Shown: positions 52,529 through 64,000 of the stretch, one piece after another
Position numbering within the stretch: position 1 is the stretch's first letter
How the letters are laid out: every line of letters begins with the position of its first letter
Origin: Octopus vulgaris
Lineage: Eukaryota
Length of the DNA: 64,000 bases
Assembly (NCBI GenBank): GCA_951406725.2
Contig: OX597824.1
Location: 74,896,001-74,960,000 of the forward strand
Direction: 5' to 3'
The notes under the pieces: model-generated
The model's input: the letters and a program-made list of their open reading frames with translations, nothing else
Databases searched by the model: none
What the model was told of the DNA's origin: nothing
Translations under genes and position numbers: made by a program

Positions 52529-53159
52529 CGGAGGCGTAATGGCTCAGTGGTTACGGAAGCGGACTCGTGGTCGTAGGATCGCTGTTTCGAGTCCCAAAAC
52601 CGGGCGTTGTGAATGTTTATTGAGCGAAAACATCTAAAGCTCCACGATGCTCCTGTTGTATTCTTTCACCTCAACTTGCTCTCACTCTTTCTTCCTGATT
52701 CTGTTGTACCTGTATGATTAAAGGGACAGCCTTGTCGCCCTCTGTGTAACGCCGAATCTCCCCGAGAACTACGTTAAGGGTACACGTGTCTGTGGAATGC
52801 TCAGCCACTTGCACGTTAATTTCACGAATTGGCTGTTCCGTTGATCGGGTCAACTTGAACCCTCGTCGTCGTATGAGTGGCGCTGTGGTAAATAGCTTGT
52901 TTACCAACCACAAGGTTCTGGGTTCAGTCCCACTGCGTGGTTCGTTTGGCAAGTGTCTTCTATTATAGCCTCGGGCTATAATAGAAGATGCATACATATG
53001 TATACATAGCGGAGGCGTAATGGCTCAGTGGTTACGGAAGCGGACTCGTGGTCGTAGGATCGCTGTTTCGAGTCCCAAAACCAGTCTTGTGAGTGTATTT
53101 GGTAGGCGGAAACTGAAAGAAGCCCGACGTATATATGTATATATATATATATGTGTGTG

Positions 53160-53193
<34 letters not shown>

Positions 53194-53450
53194 CATGTGT
53201 GTGTGTGTGTGTGTGTTTGTGTGTGTGTTTGTGAGTATGTGTGTATGTGTGTATGTGTGTGCTTGTCCCCGCAACATCGCTTGACAACCGATGATGGTGT
53301 GTTCACGTCCCCGTAAATTAGCGGTTCGGCAAAAGAGATCGATAGAATAAGTACTAGCCTAACAAAGAATAAGTCCTGGGGTCGATTTGTTCGACTAAAG
53401 GCGGTGCTCCAGCATGGCCGCAGTCAAATGACTGAAACATGTAAAAGAAT
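52529..53450 (+). mobile_element. SINE C followed by SINE A, the latter interrupted by a 97 bp local copy
   Basis: 52505-52601 is repeated at 52986-53082. Confidence 0.88.
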
Positions 53451-53459
53451 ACACAGACA

Positions 53460-53492
<33 letters not shown>

Positions 53493-53494
<2 letters not shown>

Positions 53495-53569
53495 AAAACC
53501 GTCCGACGAACGGGAACGTGAAACTCAGAGTAACAGGCTTTGTTGAATTTTCTGCTGCTTTTAAATAAA

Positions 53570-53570
<1 letters not shown>
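53493..53570 (+). mobile_element. Short PLE-type terminal fragment with the 3' half of an HHR
   Basis: GAAAC tcaga GTA at 53520-53532 (actc/gagt stem III); (TA)n on both sides. Confidence 0.55.
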
Positions 53571-53609
<39 letters not shown>

Positions 53610-53669
53610 TAATATATGTATACATATACACGTATGTATACATATATATATATATGTGTGTGTGTGCAA

Positions 53670-53706
<37 letters not shown>

Positions 53707-54107
53707 CACACACACATGTATATGTGTATGTATGTATGTATGTATACACAGACAGATACGCATATGAACTATATTTACAATCTTACCCATAGACACCGGT
53801 ACATACATGCACACATACTCTCCCACTCTACAACCCCTCCCCCACTACACACATACATGTACTGGTATCAAACAGGTTATGTGGTTATAGAGAGAACAAC
53901 ATTGACTTCTTTCAAACTGCAGCGGCTGCAGTTTACTGAAGTAGCTGCTCTTTCCACTGCAGTAAAATAAACAGTTACGTTTCAAAGCTATATGGATTAT
54001 GTCCCTTGCAATGTCGTAAAACTTGGAGCTTCTTACATGATCTTACACCGGTTGAATATTATAAATAATTATAAGCGTTATTATTAGTCGTTTTTATACC
54101 TACGTTA

Positions 54108-54138
<31 letters not shown>

Positions 54139-54226
54139 CACACACATGTACACATACACGCACACGGAGACATGCATACACACACACAGCTATGTTTGTG
54201 TACGTATATGTATAAGTATGCATGAA

Positions 54227-54344
<118 letters not shown>

Positions 54345-54518
54345 CCTGTCTGTCTGTCTGTCTGTCTGTATGTATGTATGTATGTATGTCTGTCTGTCTG
54401 TCTGTCTGTCTTTCTCCATCTCTCTCAAGTTCTCATTCATCATATGTGTTTGTGTATGTGTGTGGGTATGTGTGTATGTGCGTGTGCGTGTGTCTGTGTG
54501 TCTGTATGTGTGTATGAG

Positions 54519-54565
<47 letters not shown>

Positions 54566-54879
54566 CACTGTGCATATAGATAGATAGAGAGTGAGAGAGA
54601 GAGAGAAATAGAGACAGAGAGAGGGAGAGAGAGAGAGAGAGAGAGAAAGAAAGCGATGCTTGTGTATATACATATATGCAAATATGCACCTGTGTGCGTG
54701 TGTGTGTGTGAACGTGTGCACAAACACGTTTTACATACACAGTCACAGACGCTCGTTCACACACACACACACACATAAACAAGTATATATAATATGTGTG
54801 TGTCTGTGAATGTATCTGTATGTATGTATGTATGTATGTATGTATGTATGTATGTATGTATGTATGTATGTATATATAC

Positions 54880-55192
<313 letters not shown>

Positions 55193-55236
55193 TATGTATG
55201 TATATATGTATATGTATGTATGTATATATGTATGTA

Positions 55237-55324
<88 letters not shown>

Positions 55325-55329
55325 CTACG

Positions 55330-55625
55330 ACCTTTGCAGACCGTACGAGACCGGTGAGCTTGATGATATGAATGCTCCGTTAAAACAACAGCAAGAAAAA
55401 CATGAGCAGGGAGAAGGTTCCGGAGGGATGATGTCCTATGTTTTGAAGGGATAGGACTGGGCATAGCAATTAGAGCGGAGACCACGATGGATTGAACGCA
55501 ACAAGGATGACGGGAAATAGAAAAAATGAGCGGGTCAGGAAGAACGGTTAGGAGTAGCTGAGTGGTGAATGTATGAGGCATGGAACGTTGAGGAACAGAG
55601 GTCATTATAGCAGCGATAGGAGAGA
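55330..55625 (-). mobile_element. CR1/Jockey-group LINE 3' remnant
   Basis: YRCYNDLCS...SRHPCCV...[14 protein letters not shown] resembles the RT..LWN.LP..VF C-terminal motif. Confidence 0.65.
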
Positions 55626-55711
55626 TAGAGATAGAGATAGAGAAAAGAGAGAGAGCGAATTTCTTTATTCACCATAAGGTCGAGAAAAAGAGGGGAGTAT
55701 ACGAGGACATC

Positions 55712-55753
<42 letters not shown>

Positions 55754-55763
55754 TATATATATA

Positions 55764-56078
55764 TCACCGTGATCACCGTGACCGACCAGGCTATCAGATG
55801 TTGTTACATATCGCTTGTCACAATGCGCTTCGCATTGTTTTAGCCTTCAAATGACGCCACCCCGCTGGCTAAGCGAGCAGGCCAACAGAAGAAAGAGTGA
55901 GAGAAAGTTGTGGCGAAAGAGTAAAGCAGGGTTCGCCACCCCCACCCTCTACCGGAGCAACGTGGAGCTTTAGGTGTTTTCGCTCAATAAATACTCACAA
56001 CGCCCGGTCTGGGAATCGAAACCGCGATCCTCCGACCGCGAGTCCGCTGCCCTAACCACTGGGCCATTGCGCCTCCAC
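55764..56078 (-). mobile_element. SINE family C, tail type 3
   Basis: Family C head with tail ...gatagcctggtcggtcacggtgat; sibling at 57471. Confidence 0.92.
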
Positions 56079-56097
56079 ATACATATATATATATATA

Positions 56098-56123
<26 letters not shown>

Positions 56124-56128
<5 letters not shown>

Positions 56129-56529
56129 AAACCACTATTAAATAATCCAATAAGATGTTATTCACACCCTATAGAAAACATATACTATAAAAAAACTTAT
56201 TTTAAATCAATAAAGTACAATTAATAGTAAATTGTAGTAAAAAGACTACGCACGTTTCATGGCTATATTTTCAAATAGATAATAACAATAATAAAATAAT
56301 AAAATATATTCATATAGAATTGATTTTAATTCGATTTAATTTTGAATCGGATTGATTTTATTATTATTATCTATTTGAAAATATAGCCATGAAACGTGCG
56401 TTTTTTTTATTACTATTTACTATTTATTGTACTTTATTGATTTAAAACACGTATTTTTATAGTATATGTTTTCTATGTGGTGTGAATAACATTTTTCTTT
56501 TTTTTGAAGTTTAATAGTGGTTTTTCTCT
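56124..56529. repeat. ~400 bp diverged inverted repeat with an HHR 3' half in each arm
   Basis: Arms about 56124-56297 and 56356-56529; tagccat GAAAC gtgc GT in both. Confidence 0.85.
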
Positions 56530-56619
56530 AAATTATACACATATATTACATATTGTGAAATTTGATTTAAAATTGTTAAATTGAATTTTTCACTGTAAGT
56601 TTTGGAAGTATATTCCCTA

Positions 56620-57139
<520 letters not shown>

Positions 57140-57406
57140 GCCATGTGATACCATAAAAAAAATAAAAAAAAATTCAGTCGTCACTAAGTGTATCTAAGGA
57201 TACCGAAGCACCTAAATTGCTAGAAATAAGAGTTAAAATATTCTTAATGTTGTAAAAAGAGCGTAAATATATACATATACTGATAGGGAAGGTAACAGCC
57301 CCATGACTGTCTCAAGGATCAATCAGACTTGGCCTGGTTTCGCCAAAACCGTCGGCATCGTCAGTGGTGACTGCTCGAACGGGTCATGGTCGGCAAATTC
57401 TGTTTG

Positions 57407-57451
<45 letters not shown>

Positions 57452-57470
57452 CGTGTGTGCGTGTGTGTGT

Positions 57471-57775
57471 ATCACCGTGATCACCGTGACCGACCAGGCT
57501 ATCAGATGTTGTTACACATCGCTGGTCACAATGCGCTTCGCATTGTTTTAGCCTTCAAATGACGCCACCCCACTCCGCTGGCTAAGCGAGCAGGCCAACG
57601 GAAGAAAGAGTGAGAGAAAGTTGTGGGCTAAAGAGTACAGCAGGGATCGCCCTCCCCTGCCGGGTTGCTCGTGGAGCTTTTTAGGTGTTTTCGCTCAATA
57701 AACACTCACAACGCCCGGTCTGGGAATCGAAACCGCGATCGTACAACCACGAGTCCGCTGCCCTAACCACTGGCC
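57471..57775 (-). mobile_element. SINE family C, tail type 3
   Basis: Colinear with 55764-56078. Confidence 0.9.
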
Positions 57776-57788
57776 AAAACAAAATAAT

Positions 57789-57946
<158 letters not shown>

Positions 57947-58330
57947 AAAGTTGACGGATGGTTTAGTGAAATGTTAATGCGTATACTAAAAATTAATATA
58001 AACAGCCAGGCGCATGTGATACCGTAAAGGGAAAATCCAATTGTCCCTAAGTGTGACTAAAAATGCCGAAGTACCTACATTGCTAGAAATACTGCTGTAA
58101 GAAGAGCGAAAGTATATACATATACTGACAGGGGAGGTAACTATATATGTTTTCCTCCCATTGTTTATGCTGTGGTTGGTTCCAGCATCGATCAACGACA
58201 TCTGTTTCGTGATCAAAATGAACAAACGTCTCTCTGAAGCATTTCATTTCCTGCGCTCGGTCTGCGATTGCTGGCTCTCGATCCGCCGCTGCAGAAGCTG
58301 GAACTGTTAAAGGGCTTCTTTTTAGCACAT

Positions 58331-58665
58331 CGGAGACCACCTTCGGTCACGACACAGACCATGGGATTGCACCTAGAAAGTTACCCTCCTAGACACAAGT
58401 CCGGGCGAGGTTGTTTATGGAAGACCAGCAGTCGCCCATGCATACCAGCCTCCCCTCTCCACGCCACCAGTGTTATCCAAGGGAAAGACAAAGGTCGATA
58501 CAGCTTGGCACCAGTGACGTCGCAACTCATTTCTACAGCTGAGTGAACTGGAGCAACGTGAAATAAAGTGCCTTGCTCAAGAACACAACACGCAGCCCGG
58601 TCCGGGATTCGAGCTCACAACCTCACGATCGTAAGCTCGACGCTCTAACCACTGAACCATGCGCC
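58331..58665 (-). mobile_element. SINE with a family D-like head and a different tail
   Basis: tRNA-like head ggcgcatggttcagtggttagagcg; TSD tttttagcacat. Confidence 0.88.
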
Positions 58666-59139
58666 TTTTTAGCACATGGCGGCTGGAAAGCCTGTACCTC
58701 TTGTTACTCAAGTTCTCTTGCTGTGCTGAAGTATATAATATTGATTTCTTAGATAGACGCAATGTTCCACATGTTTTTAACCGATCAGGAGATCCTTATA
58801 ATCACCCAATTCGTTATTTTATCGATCGCTAAAGGACGAAAGGCAAAGTTGATTCTGGTGAGAGGTAGAATGCTGAAAGTAATAATATTCATTGTGACCA
58901 AGACGGCAGATTGGCACAAAAATGTAGAGCATTTCATAAGACACGTTTGAGATATTTTAGTAACGGTTCCTCTTGTTCTGCTAGAATTAGCAGCCAAAGC
59001 CTCCAGATCTCGTGATTTATGCTTCCGGAGAATACTCTGTTCGCTGGCGGCCTTTCTCACTCGGAATACTCTACGTGGTCATTCGACATGGTAGAAATTA
59101 CACACTACCGTCTAAGAAAAGATAATTTGGTTCTGTGTT

Positions 59140-59396
59140 CTCTCACCAAGCATAGATTGGTATATTTCGGTCATATCAAGCGGAGAAAATCCCTGGAGAA
59201 GGACATCATGCTCGGAAAGGTCAGTGGCAAGAGAGGAAGAGGCCGACCAAGAACCCGCTGGCTTGACACCATCAGGAGTGATACCGGAATGGACATAGCC
59301 AATCTGAAAGAAGTGGCCCAGGATAGAACTGACTGGAGGACACTGATCCAACGAGTAACCGAGAGTCGACTTCGACTGAGCGGATAGATAGATAGT
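59140..59396 (+). mobile_element. RTE/BovB-like LINE 3' end
   Basis: YFGHIKRRKSLEKDIMLGKVSGKRGRGRPRTRWLD...WRTLIQRVTESRLRL; (GATA)n tail. Confidence 0.92.
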
Positions 59397-60619
59397 TCTC
59401 TCTATAACGAAAAAAGATGGAATGTGGAATGACTACAGTTAGGATGTTTTTGATTATAAGTATGTTAAATAAGGGATGATCTCGGACTAAACAATAACAG
59501 CAGCAAGAATCGAAATAACAATCGGCAGCAACCCAGCCTGGTTTCTTCTTGCTAACCCTCCCTACCATCACCGTAACTTCCTGTCATAGAGATCGTGCCA
59601 AGGTCGTAGATGTTGTCTTTCCTCTTTCGATAGAGACATATAAAAAAATACAAAAACAAATTATGAAAAAAAAACAACAGTAAAAGCTGATATTCTAAAA
59701 TCAATATAAACCCGTATTCACCGGTGATTTCATTTACACAAGTGTTGTTATAATAAATGCCGTTATTTCAGTTTCCTGGTTCCTCGCAAAACACCTCATA
59801 TGACGTCATATGTGTTTATAAATGACAGTAATATCTGTTAGAAAAACAACAAAAAGCACGAAATTAAATTGATTCCGACAGCCATAAATGTCGGAATTTA
59901 TTAAACGTGTTTATAGAAATCTGTTGTTACTGCTGTGGCTGTTGCTAATGCAGTTGTTGATGTTAATGTGGTAGTTGTTATTGGTTAGTTTTTATTTTTT
60001 TTAATGAAAACCTTGATAAATGCTGATTAATATTAGTTTCAGAATATTATTTTCGTAACCTATGTTATATTTTTTGTTATGGCGTAAAGGACATTATTAT
60101 TTTTGTTTCATTATTACCGCATCAACGCGTTTTTCTCAACAGTAATAACAACGATGGAAAAACAAAATAACGAATAGAAACGCACAAATCAAACATACGA
60201 AACAGATATTATCACAAAAACAACGAAAGAACATAGAAGAGGTGTTGGTGTTGGTGGTGAAGGAGATGTCAGAAGAGACGATCAGTTAAAGAGACTTAAA
60301 TGAAAGTAAGAAAACAAGGAGATTGTGAAAGGGGAACGATTCAATAGAGAGAAAATAGGGATTAATTTTAAGCATAAAGGAGAGCTTCAACAAGCTCGTT
60401 TGCTAGGCTACGTTGGGAAAACATTTGTAAAATTGGTTTGCTTCTCGCAGACATGAGAATGGCAAATGAAGAGATACCCAGAAAAAATTAGCAACGCATC
60501 GATCCATGCATGTGGTTTGTCAAATGTGATTCTTCGAATATCGGCAGAGTAAAATGGCGTCTTTCAATAAGCAAAACATTCAGGTGCTTACACCATGTAC
60601 TCTGCAGTTACTATTGTTT

Positions 60620-60940
<321 letters not shown>

Positions 60941-61557
60941 TTCAATTTTTCTAAGCCCTGTAAAAGAACTCGGAAGATTGGGCTTCTCACTAGGCCTTTC
61001 ACGATAGCCTTGAAACCAACAACTTTTCATCACTCCCTCGTAGATTTATAGATAATAGAAAGATAAATAACGTATGATGAGTGATGAGTGATGTAACAGA
61101 ACTAAACTTAGAACAGACAATATAAGAAATAATACGTTATATATTTGCGCAAATTCAATAAACCTAATGACGACCAGAAGCGAATATGATTTAATAATAC
61201 GTGTTATGCTTTCTTTAATTGTTTTAGGTGCCTATATAGTCGTGAGCGGACACGCATACACTCTGCCGGTGTTTCCACTGTTCAGCCAGCACAGCGGCCA
61301 TGATGTGAAGTGCCTTGTTCAAGGACACAACCTGCCACCCGGTGCAGGAATCGAAACCATGACCTTATGATCATGAGTCCAACCACCGGAACCTGCACTT
61401 TCTTCAACTCTGAATAGAAAAGCGAATTATTCAAATAAAGGTTTCAGTTTCAGAAGGTGTTCGAAGATGCGCATGCGCCAGGTTCCGGAGCCGTGATGAG
61501 GCCGTGATGGAAGCTGAAGGTAGCTACTTTGAATAAACTATTACTTTCCAGCCATAA

Positions 61558-61757
61558 AAGGCGGCGAGCTGGCAGAGACGTTAGCGCGCCGGGCGAAATG
61601 CGTAGCCGTATTTCGTCTGCCGTTACGTTCTGAGTTCAAATTCCGCCGAGGTCGACTTTGCCTTTCATCCTTTCGGGGTCGATAAATTAAGTACCAGTTA
61701 CGCACTGTCCTTGTTTGTCCCCTCTATGTTTAGTCCCTTGTGGGCAGTAAAGAAATA
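61558..61757 (+). mobile_element. SINE family B monomer
   Basis: 19 bp TSD tattactttccagccataa. Confidence 0.93.
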
Positions 61758-62392
61758 TATTACTTTCCAGCCATAATCTAGTTGATATTTTTGTTTTTAA
61801 AAATTACTCTTATTCTTGGACGGTATATTGTATTTTCTTTTCCTTTTATACAAACCGTGAAATTTAGCCTGAACACCTTAGGCGTCGTGTCTTTTCATTT
61901 GCCATTCTCTTCTTTTGTCATTCTCTTCATTTGCCATTGTCTTCTTTTGCTATCCTCACTTTATTTCACGTTACTGCAGTCCACTGAGGTGGCAAAAATG
62001 AGTTGTACTTGTAATTCAAAGGGCCAGCCTGGTCCCATTCTGTATCACGTGGTATCTCTTGTTCTCTTGATCAGATAAACTGGAACTCTCGTCGTCGCAA
62101 CCGACGGAGTGCTAGAAATATAGCAGTACTGTAATAGAAATATAGTACTACGGTATGACTATGGGGAGTTTTTGAAGCTCACTTAGCCACAACCTATTTT
62201 GAAGAGCGCATCCCCTTCGGTAAGTATCTGCTATTGCTCAGGCTAACCAATAACCTTTGATTTGAATTGGTAGATGATAACTGAGAGAAAAGCCATCGTG
62301 CTCGCAACGCACGCACACGAACCCCTCCCATACACACATTAATAAATCATCAACAACCATTTCTTCATAATTGCGTACATTAAAGTACTATA

Positions 62393-62807
62393 GGGCGGCG
62401 AGCTGGTAGAATCATTAGCACGCCGGGCGAAATATTTAGCGATATTTCGTCTGCCGTTACGTTCTGAGTTCAAATTCCGCCGAGGTCGACTTTGCCTTTA
62501 ATTCCTTTCGGGTCGATAAATTAAGTACCAGTTACACACTGGGGTCGATATAATCGATTTAATCCGTTTGTCTGTCCTTGTTTGTCCTCTCTGCGTTTAT
62601 CCCCTTGTAGGTAGTAAAGAAATAGGTATTTCGTCTGCCGTTACGTTCTGAGTTCAAATTCCGCCGAGGTCGACTTTGCCTTTCATCCTTTCGGAGTCGA
62701 TTAAATAAGTACCAGTTACGCACTGGGGTCGATGTAATCGACTTCATCCGTTTTTCTGTTCTTGTTTGTCCCCTCTATGTTTAGCCCCTTGTGGGTAGTA
62801 AAGAAAT
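62393..62807 (+). mobile_element. SINE family B, two body units
   Basis: TSD tac(a/g)ttaaagtactat. Confidence 0.92.
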
Positions 62808-63016
62808 ATGTACGTTAAAGTACTATTGCTCAAATGTAAGGAGTCCTTGCAGCTCGTTCGAACTTTCGGTGTTGTTTTCTTTCTGTAAAAGGGTTGGTAT
62901 TTGAGGTGTCGAGAATGATTTGATGATTAGAGAGAGTTACTTAATAATATCTGTGTGTTTAGATAAAAATGTCCATATTCACGTTCACGTTTATCTCAGC
63001 AGCATTCACCGTCGTC

Positions 63017-63666
63017 GACGCTAACTATGACAATTTGATAATGATGATGACGATGACGATGACGATGACGATAACGACGACGACGACGACGACGACAATG
63101 ATGATGGTGATGATGATAATGAAGATGACGACGACGACGACGATGACGACGATGATTATGATAATGTTCATGACGACGGCGACGATGATGATTATGATAA
63201 TGTTCATGACGACGGCGACGATGATGATGATGATGATGATAATGAAGATGACGACGACGACGACGACGATGACGATGATGATTATGATGATAATGTTCAT
63301 GACGACGGCGACGATGATGACGATGATAATAACAAAAATGATAACGACGACGACGATGATGATGGTGATCATGACGATCATTTGATGATCATAATAATTT
63401 GATGATGATGAATATATCGATGATTATGATGATGATGATGATGATGAGGAGGAGGAGGAGGAGGAGGTGATGGTGGCATTGATGGTGATGTTTAATCGAG
63501 AATAAACCAATAGACATGTGATAAGTGGCTAAATTTAATTAAAAATTATGATTTTATTAGTTAAAACTTAATTGAAATTGGTTAATAACAATGGCATACA
63601 CAACTTAAGCTACGAAGCTGTTATTCTAACTGCTGCTGCTGCTACTGCTACTACTACTACTACCAT

Positions 63667-63709
<43 letters not shown>

Positions 63710-63710
63710 G

Positions 63711-63751
<41 letters not shown>

Positions 63752-63755
63752 ATTG

Positions 63756-63790
<35 letters not shown>

Positions 63791-63797
63791 ACTACTA
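63017..63797. repeat. (GAT/GAC)n, (GAG)n and (CTA/CTG)n trinucleotide arrays
   Basis: Directly visible. Confidence 0.95.
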
Positions 63798-64000
63798 TTT
63801 ACAAAAACTGGTTGGAAGACATGATGAGGAGCTATTTATATATATGGTGGTATCAGGGGTTGAAAAGACAGAACACAACAAGGAGAAAAAGTTGAACGAA
63901 AGCAGAGCAAACGGGAATCCAGGTGAAAACTTTACGGACGGGAAATACAGACGAAGACACGATACACGGAACAGTGGTTTCGCGCCATTATCAATGAGTG

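Overview
AT-rich eukaryotic non-coding DNA (intron or intergenic), almost entirely repeats. The tRNA-derived SINE families and very dense (TA)n/(TG)n/(TATG)n microsatellites point to an octopus genome (recognised from memory, no search run). I found no convincing host-gene exon; most ORFs in the track are microsatellite or SINE artefacts. The one long real ORF is a 5'-truncated but stop-free Penelope-like retroelement (PLE; reverse transcriptase plus GIY-YIG, Neptune-type Cys linker) at 21654-24247 with an inverted terminal copy. Other content: about 30 SINE copies from four head families, R4/Dong, RTE and CR1-like LINE remnants, mariner/Tc1/Tc2-like elements and MITEs, and two non-autonomous Helitrons. 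The main hidden signal is a dense set of minimal type I hammerhead ribozyme (HHR) motifs: about 15 complete or near-complete ones plus several 3' halves, from roughly 9 unrelated sequence contexts. They sit in the PLE 3' end, in fixed-length ~200 nt mini-elements and in fold-back insertions, nearly all abutting (TA)n. Several have variant catalytic cores (compensatory U3:A8, C4, U6). The PLE-HHR link is established; these families and core variants may not be described. All folds were done by eye and activity is untested.
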